From Pelomyxa schiedti (Eukaryota > Protista > Evosea): DNA of 64,000 nt. The notes under the pieces are model-generated. The model was not told where the DNA came from, made no database searches, and was given only the letters and a program-made list of their open reading frames with translations. A program made the position numbers and the translations under genes. Positions within the stretch are counted from its first letter, which is position 1. Each line of letters starts with the position of its first letter. Shown here piece after piece: positions 22,812 to 36,700 of the stretch. The stretch spans positions 43,407-107,406 of the forward strand of contig JAHLWZ010000633.1 of assembly GCA_020536535.1 (NCBI GenBank), in the 5' to 3' direction.

Positions 22812-25800
22812 TTAAATCGACCACTTTTGGAGTAGATCATCGTCGTCGAGGGCGTAGAAGGGTTCAGCGGTCTGCGATATCATTATTTCCCCACACAAAG
22901 GACACTCTGAGGCTATCAGGTCGTCGTACTCTTGTTTGGCCCTTTCGTACGCAGCAATTGCAGCATCATCTTGTTCACCTTTTTTTTGTTTGCATATAAG
23001 GTTATTTGTTTGTTTGCTTGCTTGCTTGTTGGTTTGTTTGTTACCTGGCAAAGCTCCGGTTCGGATAACGGGAGGGCAGGCGAGGATTGATTTGAGGTCC
23101 AGGGCTCTTTGCCTTTGTGTTGGGGTAAGGAACCCAATCATCTGTATTTTGTAGAAGTGGTAATGAGTGAGAAGGGAAATGTTACAACTTGGGTACATGT
23201 GTATGAAGACAATCGGCGTGCATGACGTGCCGGCAAGGGAAATAGAAGAACTGTTTCGCCAAGGCGGGACAATGGCAGATTTCACATTGCTGGGTTGCAG
23301 GCACAACTCCACATTTGTTTCTAAGAGCTCCGATATCTTTTCTTATGAGATTTGCAGATTTTGTTGCTTCTGCCATTTCGTCTTTCAACGCTGCTATGTG
23401 TTTATTGTACTCGTCCAAGGATCTACATATTTCCTCCTTCATGAATGGTAACCATGAGGGGCGAAAGTATATCCTAAACCTTGAAATCGTCAATCACGGT
23501 AAATTCAGGGAAGAAAGGAAGAATGTCTTCAATCTTGAGTAGGTTTTCACATTCCCGAAGGAAGGACATTACACTGAAAGAAGGTTACCAGAGAAAACAA
23601 GTGGCATTGTATGGAGACTTACTATTTGATATTTGCATTCTTGTTGGCTGACTTAGCACTGTTTTCGACAACGTATTTGGCAATTTTGAGCCACAGACGC
23701 TTTTTCAATGCCTCATCTTCTGGTTTTTGGGCCTGCATCTTTGCGAGACCAATATCAACTCCTAAAGCCAAATCAACAGCTTCCTCATGCATATTCATAT
23801 TGCTATAGATGACAACACAAGCTCGCTTTTTTCCCAACTTAGTACAAAGACGTAGAGCATATTTGGAGTCATAGTGTCTTGGTGTTTCCTGAATTTATCT
23901 TTAGTGGAGAAAATTACTTGTAGTGTTGCACATTCAAAAAGCGTTGTAATGATGTTTCTACTTCCTGCTGTGCGTAGAGAGACAGGAGGTAATTATGAAC
24001 TGCAGGATCGTGGTTTGTGCGAATACAAAACTCTAGATACCTTACTGCTTGATTCTTGAAAGGTTAGCGGGATCTGCAAGAGTTTTAATAACAACCTCCT
24101 CTTTAGGGAACTTGGTGGGATCGTAACGCATCAAAGCGGGGAACAGTTGTTTGGGTTGAAGAACAACTTTGGAGGAAATCCAGCATGTCACCAAATCGAC
24201 TGGCTCATGGCAAATAATAACTGGTGAAAATTTATAAAACAATGTCTCATGAGCTTGAGTCTTTGAGTATAATTATTAGTGGTGATTTGGTTTCCCTTGA
24301 ACAAACCAGTTCCATCATGACACTAATGGCTTGCTTGAATGCATTCAACTGCAAAAAGTAGGATAACAATCTCTCGTAGTCCTCTATGAGGAATGCATAG
24401 CGAAGCATATCTTCAGTTCTGCCATGTGCCGCAATAAGACTAAATGTCGTTTCCACATTCAAAGACTCCTGATATTATCAACAGAAAGAACAACAAAGTT
24501 GCTCAGTGACCTTGTACTTATCTAAGAAGGCTTTGAATTCGTCCATGACAACGTTAGCCTTTGATGAACTACCCTCTTGTAGGTTGAGCTTATGAAGATA
24601 TAATTCGGTAACCCAGGTACAAATGGCAGTTATTTGCATTTTGTGCTAGAAGCCCGTTTGATACTCAATTTTAGAAGTAAAAACTACCTGGGGATTGAGG
24701 GTGGCCAATTTATCTGTTAAGTAACGCAGAAGGTACGAGCGCTTTTCTTTATTGATAAATTTGAGGGCCACTTTTTCAAATGGAATCCTTGTTTTCGCAT
24801 ATGAAAGGGCAGATAAGTCGTATTGTTCCTTAGATTGATGAGATAATTTTTGGACTGTAAGGTCATACTGTGGCAAAGTAGTGTTCTGCTTGAGCAGTCC
24901 AAACAATATCCTGCTTCTCTGGGTCACCCTATTTATTTTAACACGAAGGTAGCACATATAAAATAGTACTTTGCAGTAGTCAATTGCCGATTGCCACTCT
25001 TTTTGTTCCATTTTTTGTTTCCAAACATCTCTATCCTCATCAATTACAAGCATTTCATAAATTAGATTGGTGGCACAAATGAGGATTGTGCTGTGCTCTT
25101 TGCTCATATCTCGTAGTATGCAATGTATTTTACCACATTTCTAAAGGAAGTAAACTTTAAACAAGAATATTCACAGTGAGTGTGTACAGGGCTTAATTCC
25201 AGCTCGAAAACGGGTTCGTCTGTCAACGAATTTACACATTGAATCATTTGATCATACACCAACAAATAGTGGAATTCAGTAAGGGCCATTCCAAGGGGTG
25301 GATCAGCAGGAATCGATGTATCTTTAACGGGATAACTAAAACAATGTAAATACCTTTTATTTAGAAGAATAGAAATTACTGAATAAGTGATGTATCAGCT
25401 GTGACGATATCACCAGGTCCTTGAAAACCAAAACTGATTTTCCCATGATAAATACCAGGCCCTAAAGTAATCAAATTTTTGATTTACATGTAAAAGAAAA
25501 AAAGAACTAGGTACCAGTCAACCAAGCAAAATGGGAGGCATTTGCCCTTCGATATTTGCAGAAGAAACAAAGTTCTGCATTCTGTAACCTCACGCCTTGC
25601 GGAATTTCCGTGAATTTAGGACCTTCTTGGTGTTGAAAGATAGCTTCAAAAGTGGGTCCTCCTTGTTGTTTGTTGAATTAAATGAGCCAAAAAAAATCAG
25701 AGTTACCAATGAATTGATAAAAACGAGAGGTGGTTGTAGCAATTACAAAATATCTCGATTTATCCTCAGGACACCTTTCCCATCTTAGGCCAGTTATTGC

Positions 25801-26612
25801 CTGGGATGTGCTGTTGTCAAGAGGGTAAAGCTGTCAACAAAGTTACAAATGAATTGGGCAGTAGGAGCAAACACTTTATTCCATGTCATATCCTTTGCAA
25901 GATCCTTTGAGGTAGAGTCGATGCACGCCTCAAATACCTTCCCTTGACTTGTTCCCACAAGAATTTCTTTAGTGCTCCTAGAGGCCATGTTTACACGGGA
26001 TTTAAAAATGTAGGGAGGTGAACTTGGGGTCTGTGTTCTGCAAATCCCATGCCACACTCTCGATCTTGACTCCTTTGCAACGTGGAAGATACTTTGCCTT
26101 TGTGTAAGACGAGTTGAAATAGTAGTTCTCATCACTTTCGAGGCTTATTATAAGGTGGTAGCCAGTGGGGTCAAGGAAAATTTTGTTGATTTGACTGTCA
26201 TCCGACCTTGGAGTGGGTACAATGAAGTCTGTGTGGTGACAATGTTATCTCTAAGAGGGCAACCACACAATAGGGGAAGTTGGGGAAAAACAAAACAAAC
26301 AAACAAACAAAAAAAAAACCTTTCATAACAGGCAGTCTCCCAGAGGAATCCCGCAAATCAATGTGCACAATGTTCTTGTTGTGGCAAGCCAAAACCAGAA
26401 TGTCATTGGACAGCGCGGCAGTGATCAGCCCCTTGGTGTGCAAAGGCACTGCCGCCAAGCTCGCCAGCTTGGCAACCTGGAACATCTGCGGCCGCTGGGG
26501 CTCCTCTGCAACCGCAGCGGCGCTTGCATCGCCCGTAGGCATGCCGTCCGCGCCCTCCGTGTGTATTTCGGGTTCAAGCTGCCGTCCATGGGGGAAAGAA
26601 GGAAAAGGGGAA

Positions 26613-26646
<34 letters not shown>

Positions 26647-26796
26647 ACCACGTGTTAGATCTTGTGTGGTGTCGGAACGGAGGAGCGTATAGCTTGCGCG
26701 CGAGACTAGCGAGTGAAGATTAGTGTTTGTGAGTACGTTGTCATCGATGCCCGTGGCCCCGTAGGCATCAAACCCTTGGAAGTTATCGTCGGCCAT
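22812..26796 (-). CDS. VPS18: Vacuolar protein sorting 18 (Pep3/deep orange), HOPS/CORVET core subunit
   Basis: N-terminal propeller (ILVGTSQGKVFEA, ALTEFHYLLVY), helical repeat (EDRDVWK, ETTFSLIAAHGR, KRLWLKIAKYVV), C-terminal RING CEICHCPAL..FFYFPCRHVMHADCL..ASECPLCGEIMI..W. About 20 exons. Confidence 0.93.
26613..26645. repeat. 33-nt poly-G homopolymer (poly-C on the coding strand) in VPS18 intron 1
   Basis: Read directly. Length may be inflated by homopolymer sequencing error. Confidence 0.8.
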
Positions 26797-27071
26797 CACT
26801 TTTCTCTTTTTTGTCTTTTTTTTAAATCTGGTAGGAAAACATCGTTTGTTTGATGGTTTTGGTCTTTCTGAAAGACTGAAGGAGACGAGAAAAGGAAACT
26901 CTCGTTGGAACTCGTAGGTTTAAGTGGTGCCCTCTTTACGTGCTCCATTATGGGTGAGTGGCTGAGAGAAAGCGAAGCACCACCCAAATTCGGCAATAAG
27001 CTGTATGAGGTCAAGGGGAAGAACATGCAGAACACAGCTGGGTTTTGACCACCCAATAGCCTTGGTTGTGT

Positions 27072-29256
27072 TTAGTGCGAGGTGCTATTAGAAGAGAGGG
27101 AACACACCAAAAGGACTACACATTTGTTCCGCAAGTAATGAGCTGTGGTTTGGTTGGGGTAAATTAAAAAAAAAAAAAAACAATGGCAGAGCATACTGGT
27201 ATTTACAGCTGGGGTCTTTAGATGATCATCAAAGGCACCGACCTTTGCTTGCCAGCGTTCAGTTATGTATGAGAACTCGGGTGGTACCAATGCGATTTTG
27301 TGGAACCCAAACCTCATTGTTTTCAGATTGACTTCTTGCAGTGTTATGGTGTAATCTTGGGATGTGCTAAAGTCGTCACCAAAAACAACTAGGAACCTTG
27401 AGGAATTCCTGCACACGAACTTGAAGTGATAGAGCTTGTGCTCTAACGGGTTTAGGGGAAAAGAAGGACTTGAGGCACTACAAACCTGACTGCTTTTTGC
27501 ACCGGGCATTGTTCTGAATGGCGTTTTCAACGCCATCTGAGTATCTGTGAGTTACTGAAAATTACTTGCATCTACGAACTCTCGAAGAGATTGATATTCA
27601 AAATAGTCTTGTTTATGTCCAAGGACTTCAGAATTCTTTCAGCGCCAACAGGTCCAATGGGGTTTCCTGCCTGCAGTCAAAAAAGGATATGATTTGATAA
27701 ATAGAGAACACATTAGAGGGGAAGCAAACTTGAAAGACCAAGATACAAGAGAGTATGATTGCGAGTGAGAGCTTGTGAGATGCTTAAGCAGTCATCTTCT
27801 CCAATGTGATTTCCTGTGAGCACTACTAAGTCGAATAAAGGAGTGAGCAAGATGTGTGGAAAACCAGAGAGTTGAAGGTGTACAAGAGAGACATTCAATA
27901 GCAAAGCCTCGGAGAGGGCTAAAGTTCCTTGACTCCCTACTTCATTTTCTGGAAGTGGCATTAGATTAGAGAATGGGAGAAAGAATAACCTGAAAGGTTG
28001 ATGTGCAAAAGGGAATTATTTTTTATCAAAGAGTGACCAATACCAGCGGCTCCAGAATCATCCAGATTGATTCCTGGGTTTCATCATATCGGTTACTTGA
28101 ATAGAGAGCATACTGTCAAGGTTGAGATACAACAGGGAATTGTTCTCTACAATGCATCTTGCAATATCCTCTGCACTGGATCCAATATTGTTTCCTTCAC
28201 CATAAGTTTTCACAGGCACATCAAGTGGGGGGAAGTTGAGAATTGGTTACCGCCAATATCCAGAAATAAAAGAGTGTGATTCTCACACAAAGCATTGAAA
28301 ATATGTGTGCCATCATCAGCCCTCAATTTGCAACCTGTAAAAATAGGAGGTTACGTCTGGACTCAATTTAGAACAGGAATCAATTTCAAGCAGACCATAA
28401 AGGCCAAGATCTTGAATGTGTCGGTTCCGTTTCAAAAGTTCAGCTATGGGAGTAACTCCTTGTGCCCCAATGGCATTAACTACCTGAGTGTTTGGCCACA
28501 ACGACCCAATTTTCAGATACAGTTATGGCAGAAAGAAGGTACGTGAGAGGTTCAACGTGAGGAGAGAGCTATTCTCTGACAGCGTCTCACAAATCACCTG
28601 GGTCTCAGGCACTCCAATTTTGGATTCTGAATAAAGGGAACTGTTATTGAACCAAGGTGGGGGGAATGATTCCAACCCTGAAGATCCAGTGAGAGCAATG
28701 TTGTGCTACACAAAAGACGCCAGGTGACAATACTCGGGTTATTTTGAGGTAATTTCAGTCTGAGGAGGGAACCGTGACGGTTGAATGCCGTTAGGAGAGC
28801 AACTATATCAGTGTCTGTGACACCAGCTTCTAAAAAAAAAAAAAAAAAAGGCTCAGTTCAGTATATCCAAGTGATTGAGAAATTTTGTACCAAGTTCCAA
28901 AGCCACAAGGGATTCTATTGCGGCCAAACCCTCAGCAATAAAAGCGATGGGGGTGTCAGGACACGCACTCATTCCTGTGGATGAGTACTTATGGGTGAAG
29001 AGAAAGCCTCTAAGTTAGACCCACACTTTCTATAGTCAAGGGAAATGGATTCCCATCAAAATGTTGTGCCAGGGTCAAACATAATTTCGCCCCAGATTCC
29101 TTGGTCATTCCCTCGTCTGCTTACAGTTATGGAAAAACATCGCTCCAGGCAGGGAAGGGAAAAAAAAAACAAAGCTTTCGAACCCAAGGACAACTCATAT
29201 CCCCCATAACGGACCAAACGCCACCCCTCCCCACGTTCTACTGCTCTACCAGTCAT
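27072..29256 (-). CDS. Ribonuclease-inhibitor (RI)-class leucine-rich repeat protein with an unrecognised C-terminal domain
   Basis: Repeats AFIAEGLAAIESLVALEL, SKIGVPETQVICETLSENSSLLTLNLS, NAIGAQGVTPIAELLKRNRHIQDLGL, NEVGSQGTLALSEALLLNVSLVHLQLS, NHIGEDDCLSISQALTRNHTLLYLGLS. Start codon tentative. Confidence 0.75.
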
Positions 29257-29392
29257 CACAACTCGCCGTTTAGTTGAAGTAACGAATTATTCTCTACCAA
29301 GAGAGCCCAGTAAGTAATTGGACACGACAGACAGGTAAAGAAAAAGTTCTCTTTTGCAAAGGGGGGTGTGGATTCGCACCACGCGATGTACA

Positions 29393-31150
29393 TCAAGAAT
29401 TTGTGTCTTGTTCCTGGCCAGGGAATGTCTGTGGCTGTGTTTGGGGTTGTGTGTCAGGTTGTTCTGGTGACTGGGTACGTGGGTGCTGTTCTAGGAAAGG
29501 GGTTGGGGTTGTCATTTGTGAGGGTGTTGAGACCAAGGTTGGTGTTGGTGTTGAGTCGAGTTGGGAAAGTGGGGTGGAAAGGTCGTGGTTCACTGGGGAG
29601 GTCAGTTGCATTGGTGGCTGTGGCGGAGGGGGTGGAAACGAGCCACATGTGATATTGGTGACACCGGGAAAATTGGTAGGTTCCAGTGGGGGAGGCGTGG
29701 GGGTCTTGTAGCCGTTGACACAGAGCTTGAGGGGCTTGATCTTCTCCCAGACAACCTCCACTAGCAATTGCTGAAGTGTCTCACGGTGATGTGGAAACTG
29801 GTCCCGGCCCACAATGTAGAATCCTTCCCATGTTACAGTTGCTGGCATTGATTGGGGAGTCGCGTTCCCTACCCAAAGATTGGGAATTTCGTTATTCCGC
29901 TGCCCAATTCTGTGGTGAAATACACTCCCACTGTGTAATGGTGAACGAGAATAGTACTAGGTTTTAGCATACAAGTGACAATCAAGAAGGGACAAGGCCA
30001 GGAGTGTAGGCTCAGTTTGCGATTTTCGTATCAGCATGAAGGAACACTCCTTCTCCTCAGCATTTTTGAGCCGAAGGATATCATCAGCCTGTCCACGTGA
30101 TATCTCAAAGATTGGTCTGTAGTTGGATAAGAATACAAGGGAAACAAAAATAGTTGTCATACTCAATGTGGTCCCAATTTGTTTGGGTCTCTTCAAGTGT
30201 CAGTGTCGATGGCAACTGCAGTGGGACAGCCGAAACAAAGGGCGTACTTGAAAGTGTTGTCATCGTACTCCCAGGTTGTGACTGTTCGGGAGGGAGAGGA
30301 GGCATAGAAGCCACAGGAGAAATGACAGTAGTTTGTGTGGGCATAGGCGCATATTGCGGAGAATATGGGGGAAGTTGGTAGTAGACTGTAGGTGGGGGTG
30401 GGGTTGTAGTTCCACAAGGAGAGACGGGCCAAGAGACAGGTGTGGAAGTTACTGGCGGGGTTGCAGGATAGGCGGGACTTGGAATAGGGGCTGGATTTGA
30501 ATTCTTAACAACAGCCTTCGTTTCTGTGGGAAGGTGTAAATATTTAGTTGTTCCGATAGAGATATACTAAGTATGAAATCTGAGGAAATCCACTTGTCAT
30601 TCACTTTTACCACCACACGCAATTCAAGTGAGCCACTGAATTTAGTAGTGTTGCCCTTGGCTTTTTTTTTTTTACCTGACTTGGGAGGAACTGGTGCAGA
30701 GCCAGTGAAGTTCACCAAACGAATTTCAGAATAGTTCGTTGGAGGATTTGCTGGTTTTAACATCGTGAGCATAGAAGGATCGCAGGGAGAGGAATGAGAA
30801 AACCTATGTGAACCAAATAACAACCGCCCTTGAGTCGTATATAACGGCTGTACTCGGGAGGAACAACTTTGTCCTTTGGGAGAGCCAGCACACCCAGCTG
30901 CAAATTGTGCAAAGGAGAGTAAGAAGTGACATAGCTGTGCTTGGTGCCGGTATCGTGGGGGCGAGTGAACACGCCAGACACATCCTTAGGCTCAAGGTTC
31001 TTTATCATTCCAGTTTGATGATCGATTGTAAAAATAGGCAGACTGAATGTCCCAGGCTCGCAATCGACGAGATGAGATCTCTCACATGCGAAAAGAGGCT
31101 CAAGGACCTTGACTATTCCCTCGAACTTCACAGCGACTCGGCTACGCTTG
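29393..31150 (-). CDS. SH2-domain protein with an N-terminal beta-rich domain and a Pro/Thr/Gln-rich tail
   Basis: Spliced SH2: IFEISRGQADDIL..SFMLIRKSQTEPTLLALSLLD|.TILVHHYTV..TLQQLL, with the betaB Arg and betaD His-Tyr. First exon not located. Confidence 0.7.
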
Positions 31151-31602
31151 GCACTATAGAGATGGAGGGAGGATGGAAAAACATGTCAGCGAGTAATGTG
31201 TAGTTGGGGTTTTTTTTTTTTTTATGGTTCGGTTCGGCATATTTTCCTAAAGAAAACAGCCGGTGTCGCGCAGGGGATTGCATACCGACATACATAAAAA
31301 AAATAAACCGAAAACGAACGAAAAAAACGACTTGGTTGCACCACTTGGTTTGTAAAAAAAAAATTGGATGGTTTTCTTGGTGAAGGAGAACAGATCACGA
31401 GATAAAGACAAAACGACGGCATAAAACAAGGCCACGCACTTGGGTTGCATCCCTCAAGGACGGCACACGAAAAGTGGTTGGGTCGGCGCTTATTTTTTTC
31501 GTTTTTGTTGTCTATTTTTTTGTGCTCCTTCCAGAACCAACTCTTGCGGGAACCAAATTAGTTTTTGGCGGTCGCAGTTGCATTTCTTAGCTTTAGTGCC
31601 TA

Positions 31603-34186
31603 ATGTCTGGTGTTGGTGCTGCGCCACACGATGTCGTCACCGCACCAGCGGCCTGGCCCGACGACGACGACGTTCGGTCGCGGCCGTACCGAGATTCTCC
31701 CACCCGACCCAAGATCTCGGATGGCGGCAGGCCGACCCGAAGCCGACCCGAAGAAAGACGGCGCACGAGGGAGCGCAGCACGAGCCGCGAGACCCGCCAC
31801 CTGCGGACGCGTCCCCCGCGCCCTCGCTCCCGCTCCCGCTCCCGCACTCGAAGCCGCAGCCCGGCGCGCAGGCCGCGCAGCCGCTCGCGCTCGCTGTCGC
31901 GGTCGCACAACCCACAAGTCCCCGACACGCCCTACAGCGACGACCCCAAGACCCGCGAGGGCCCCAGGGGCACTGATTTTGGTACTGGGACTGGGACGGG
32001 GACTGGGAGGAGGCGGTGCAGTGATGGGTGCTGGAATGCCCTGGAGGGAATCGAAGTGGGCGGAATGAGGGTGTTCACCGCTGTCACTTGTGATGATGGT
32101 GGTGGTGGTGGTGACAGCCACGAGGGCGCCGGCGCGGGCGCGGAAGGCGGCGGCGGTGTTGGTCGAGACCACCGGGAACCTGTGGTGATTTCTATAAGCT
32201 CGGATGAGGAGGAGGAGAATGACAACAATGCCAATGCGGCTAAGAATGACGTTGCTGTGGTGCCTCTTAAGGATTGTGGTTCTTCTGAGGCTGGGTGCGC
32301 GGCAAGTCGTGTGGAAGAAAAACCTTGCGCTGCACAAGCACAAACACTTACTCCTCAGCTTGGTGATTTGCCTGCGCCCGCACAGCAAAACATGCAATCC
32401 CAACCGGAGGCAGTTCATGTGCCTAAACCGCAGGTCATGGAACAGACACCACTACCACCAAAGTCACTCACCACCGAACCTCAATCGGTTTGCCAACCAC
32501 AAACAAAAACTGAAGATCGAAAAATCTCTGCCAAATTACCAGAGAAGAAAACACAAAACGATTACATATCCCCACTGTCTGCATCAGCACCCGCATTTCA
32601 TCCTAAAGGTTTAGACACAAGCTCCTGTCCCCAGCCTCCAAGACTCAGCAGGTTGGACATTACTTGTAATAACACTTTTTTGGTTTTAACTAGTTTGACT
32701 CAGCCTGCACTATGATATACTCAACTTTGTAAAACTACTTGGTATGCCAGTTACTACATACTGTACTTACTATCATTAGAGCCCCTATCAGAGGAGGCCA
32801 CAATGAGATCGACCCTGATTTTTAAAATCAAAACACTTGTGACATCCATATGGCCCTGTTCCGAAGTATTTCGCCTTCCTACTACCTTTTTTTCCTCAGT
32901 GTCTTGAGATCCTTGTGTTTGGCTCTTCAGGCTCAAACCTATTTCTTCCTACGAGTGACATTGACCTATGCATTTTCACTAAGGGTCAATCAAGCTATCC
33001 AATTGGAGACCTAGTAGGTCTACTTTACAGATCTGGAATGTGCAAGACAATTGAAACCCGACCAATGGCCAAGGTATGAAAAAGAGGGCTGTGTGCAATC
33101 TTAAAAGATTTAGATCCCAATTATCAAGATTGTAGACAAGATCTTCAATATATGTGTAGATATCTCCTTCAATAATTTATCAGGCAACTTCCATACTCTA
33201 AGCTTTTTTTTTTTTTGTTCAGTTGAAAAATATCAATCGTTTTTTGTCCAAAATAACTTCTGTTAGGTGAAAGTACCCTGTTCTACACATGTAAGTATCT
33301 CAATCAATACCCACATACCCTCCGACCACTTGTTATGGTCTTGAAGTATATCCTGCAAAGATCCAACAGCAACGAGCCTACTCAAGGGGGGTTAGGAGGC
33401 TTTGCATGTATTTTGCTGCTAGTGAGCTATCTACAGAGGCAAGAGGAACTACTGAGCAACTTCACGAAGTCCACTGCTCATACAGGGCCACGAACACAAC
33501 GTGATACTATCGAGCAACCCGACTGCACTAATGCAGGACCTGACGGTGTTGGAGATGACCTGGGGAAGCTATTTATAGGATTTCTAGGCTTTTACGAAAT
33601 TTTTGATTATATTCATTATGGTTTGTTCCCTGGGGTGATGGCCTGCACGTAATTTGTCTAACCATGTATCTTTCAGGGATCGATGTGGAACACGGTTTCC
33701 ATACTTTTCTGAAGGTATTTCTCATTCGTGAAGGTTTTTTTTAACTGTTCTTAGGAGCCTGAGTCAGCTCGACTTCTCTTGCGGGACCCCACTGACCAAC
33801 ACAATAACGTCTCCCACCTTACTGAGTTTAAACCCATTCAAGCACTATTTTCTTCTGCCAGAAAGAATCTGATGTCTAGTAGTACTTGTCTGGTGAGCCC
33901 ACAGGAACCTCACACAAATAAGTTAAGAGAACTTTGGCCAATCCCAGACGAAGTTCACCACAAAAGGGAAGTTACTGTGCAACTTGTAAACCGCATGAAA
34001 TCCGTCAACCACAAAGGGTACATGCCACCACCACACCTCAACACACCCCCACCCACATGGAACCTACCCCATACCATTCCACAATATTCTCAATGGCCAC
34101 CAGGCCTGTATATCCCCCCAGCACCTCCTGTGCCATCCCTGATGTATCCACCACAATTCTCACAGTACCCTTTCCATCTCCCTTGA
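31603..34186 (+). CDS. TRF4: Non-canonical poly(A) polymerase, Trf4/PAPD5 (TENT4) family, with an N-terminal RS-rich region
   Basis: VFGSSGSNLFLPTSDIDLCIF (GS..DxD), IIKIVD..CVDISFN, PLVMVLKYILQRSNSNEPTQGGLGGFACILLLVSYLQ. PAP-associated DLGKLFIGFLGFY..LRDPTDQHNNV. Confidence 0.88.
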
Positions 34187-34320
34187 GCAAGAAAACCGAA
34201 CTGGTTTGTTGTTTGTTGTTTTACACCTCAAACATAAATTTTGTTTCAAAAAATAGTGTTATGTTTATTTCTAAAATTGTTCCTGATATAGTTGTGGCTC
34301 TTGTCTACAAAGAAAATAAG

Positions 34321-36700
34321 TCACGAAAAAGTAGGGAATAGAACACACGGCTCTGTGGGGAGGTCCTCCTCCTTAAGAACACTTATATATGAAATACAGG
34401 TATAATATGTTACAACAAAATAGCCCTAATTGCGGATTAGTACGAGATAGTCTAGGGTTGGGATTACCTCCATTCCGGAATCGCAAGTGAAGTGCTGTAA
34501 AAAACTTACATCTGCGTGAGGGCAGACCGGCTCTGGGCTCCACAATGCCTTCAATAGAACATATGTAAATAGAGGTAGAAAATCGTCTGCCCCTCTGCGT
34601 AATATGAGTCATTACAATTGATTGTTCAGGCAATGCGTACAGTTCAATATGTTCTGTTGGATATGCAGCAGTTATGGAGGCATTGATGTCCGAAGCTATT
34701 TGCTGAAGACATCTCACTTTAGTATGTGAAGTCTTCATTTTTCTCAGTTTCTGGGCAGCTGGTTGTTGGAGTTATTTATTGATGTAAAAAGGAGTAGAGA
34801 GCATACTGAAAATTGCATTACTGTATGGTACAGATAAGGGGGTTGTAGGATCCTCTTTGGGGCTCTTGTCTCCGAGTTAGTGGAAAGTAGAACGGAAGAG
34901 AGTGATACTGAGGACAAGCAGAATTTTTTGGAAACTCCGAGATGCTCAGGAACTAGTGAGTCAAATTGCCGAATTTTATCACTGATATCTTGATCAGCTT
35001 TGGCATTCTAAGTAAGGTTGGTACAAAAAAAAATATGAAGGGGGCAAAAACCAGAGCAACATATTTTGGCCATACAATATCAAAAATCTGTGTGAAAAGA
35101 AATTCACACAATCCTTCAAAAACAGCAATCCTGCAAGAGCGAAAATCAAAGTAAAAGGTGATAATCTCTGGCAAAAGAGACTCTAATTTTTTATTAGTAG
35201 GGCTAAGAATGTAAGAGTCTACCTGCCCATGTTTCCACTATATCTATGATGGATTTTGCACCTCGCTGTGTTCCCACTGTTTGTAGACTCTGAACTTTTC
35301 GCCGCACCTCTTTTACCGTCTTATTCAATGTTTTGCACAATCTGTGATTTTTCACTCTGGGAAACTTGTTAACATCTTGTAGAGAGCAAAAAAGGAACAA
35401 CCTCACAATGTCAGAAAAATGTTCAGACAGTAAAACAGTGGTGTCAGATGGTCTTGCAGACTTGAATTTAACCATCCAGGCCTTTATCCAATCAACCACC
35501 TCCGAGGAGGATAATGACTCCTAGTTCTTCATTCACTACCACAGCAAAGACAAAGTGACATACTATCAGTGGAGATGCTCGATAGGGTGCAGCCTTAGAA
35601 GGGGACCTGCACACTACATAGGTACTTTTCGCGGGCTGGATGCTACCATCTTCGGGGGAAGCCGTTTGGCTGACGTTTGGTTGGATATCAGAACCACAAT
35701 TCTGGGTGGCGCAAGGTACTTCAGATTGGGTGTTTTTTGGCTGAGTTATGATGTTGGATGGAGGAAGGACCACGATCTGCTCGCTGGGTGCGCTTGTGAT
35801 CTGAGGAACATAAGCAGCTGTTGGCGGGTGCATATAGTACTGCCTTGAGAGATACAAATACTGTGTGTAGCTTTCCTCAAAACACCGTTGCCTTTTTTAT
35901 GTATTTAATTTCACCCGTAACTGATAATGAAGCAAACCTAATTTGCTTGGCTGGCCCAGATTGGGGTATATAATACCGCAGATGACGTGTATCACAGGTT
36001 CCCTCAACTGGTGACAATGGTTCTGGAATTCCAGCTTTTTCCAGAACCAAGTCATTAACAAATACACCAGGCGAGTCATCACCATCACTAGACCTTTTCT
36101 ATACAAATTCGTTTTAGCTGCTACATGCCACTACAATTATTCATTTACTCCAAGTACAGAATATGGAATCATTAATGTCTTCAGATATAAAGTAAACACA
36201 CGCACCTTCACATAAGCCGTTGGTAGCAGTAGTGATGCCCCACAATTCACTTTCGCCTGGTGAGTACCACATAATCCGCTACTGTTGCTACTTGTGCATA
36301 GACTCGGGCTAATACAGGTGCTAGTGCTCGTCGTCGTGCTTATGCTCGTCGTTGTCTTTGTGCTGCACAACATCGACGACGCCGACGACGACGAGGACGA
36401 CGTCGAGCAGCTCGTTGTGGTGATCGCGCACGGCGAGGGACTCGCAGCTGGTCCCATAATGGAACTCATGGGCCCTGCGCCATCTACTACCACATCAACA
36501 GCAACATCGCCGCTGCCGTCACTGCCCGCACCCAAAAACATCGCGTAGTCGTTGAGGTGCTTCCTCGATGTGTCAGGGTCGCAGTGGGCCGGGGAGCCTG
36601 ACGGAGGAGGAGGGGGAGACGGAGACGGAGAAATGACCGGGGGAGGTGTGGCTGCCATTATGGGATTGTTTTGTTGTTCCCCCGCTGTTGCTGATATCAT
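34321..36700 (-). CDS. VPS9-domain Rab5-family guanine nucleotide exchange factor
   Basis: Spliced C-terminus: IFDIVWPK..LVPEHLGVSKKFCL..KVRCLQQIASDI..EL|GADDFLPLFTYVLLKA..ME|GYFVVTYYTCISYI. Has the GADDxLP catalytic motif and the E-x-GY motif. Confidence 0.82.

Noticed and set aside
26613-26645. 33-nt poly-G as a functional G-quadruplex or poly-Gly/poly-Pro coding tract (ORFs 26280..26723, 26425..26799)
   Set aside because: It lies in VPS18 intron 1 as a pyrimidine tract on the coding strand. The poly-Gly/Pro translations come from reading through the intron, and homopolymer length is unreliable.
1-26796. A functional 'ubiquitin cluster' (UIM protein, RBR ligase, F-box protein, VPS18 RING)
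   Set aside because: Ubiquitin-system genes are abundant in amoebae, and the genes are interspersed with unrelated ones. Nothing suggests more than chance.
31593-32418. Long antisense ORFs over the GC-rich TRF4 first exon; similar cases at 39605-40161, 50687-51408 and 53419-54353
   Set aside because: Shadow ORFs expected from GC-rich, stop-poor low-complexity exons. No domain signal.
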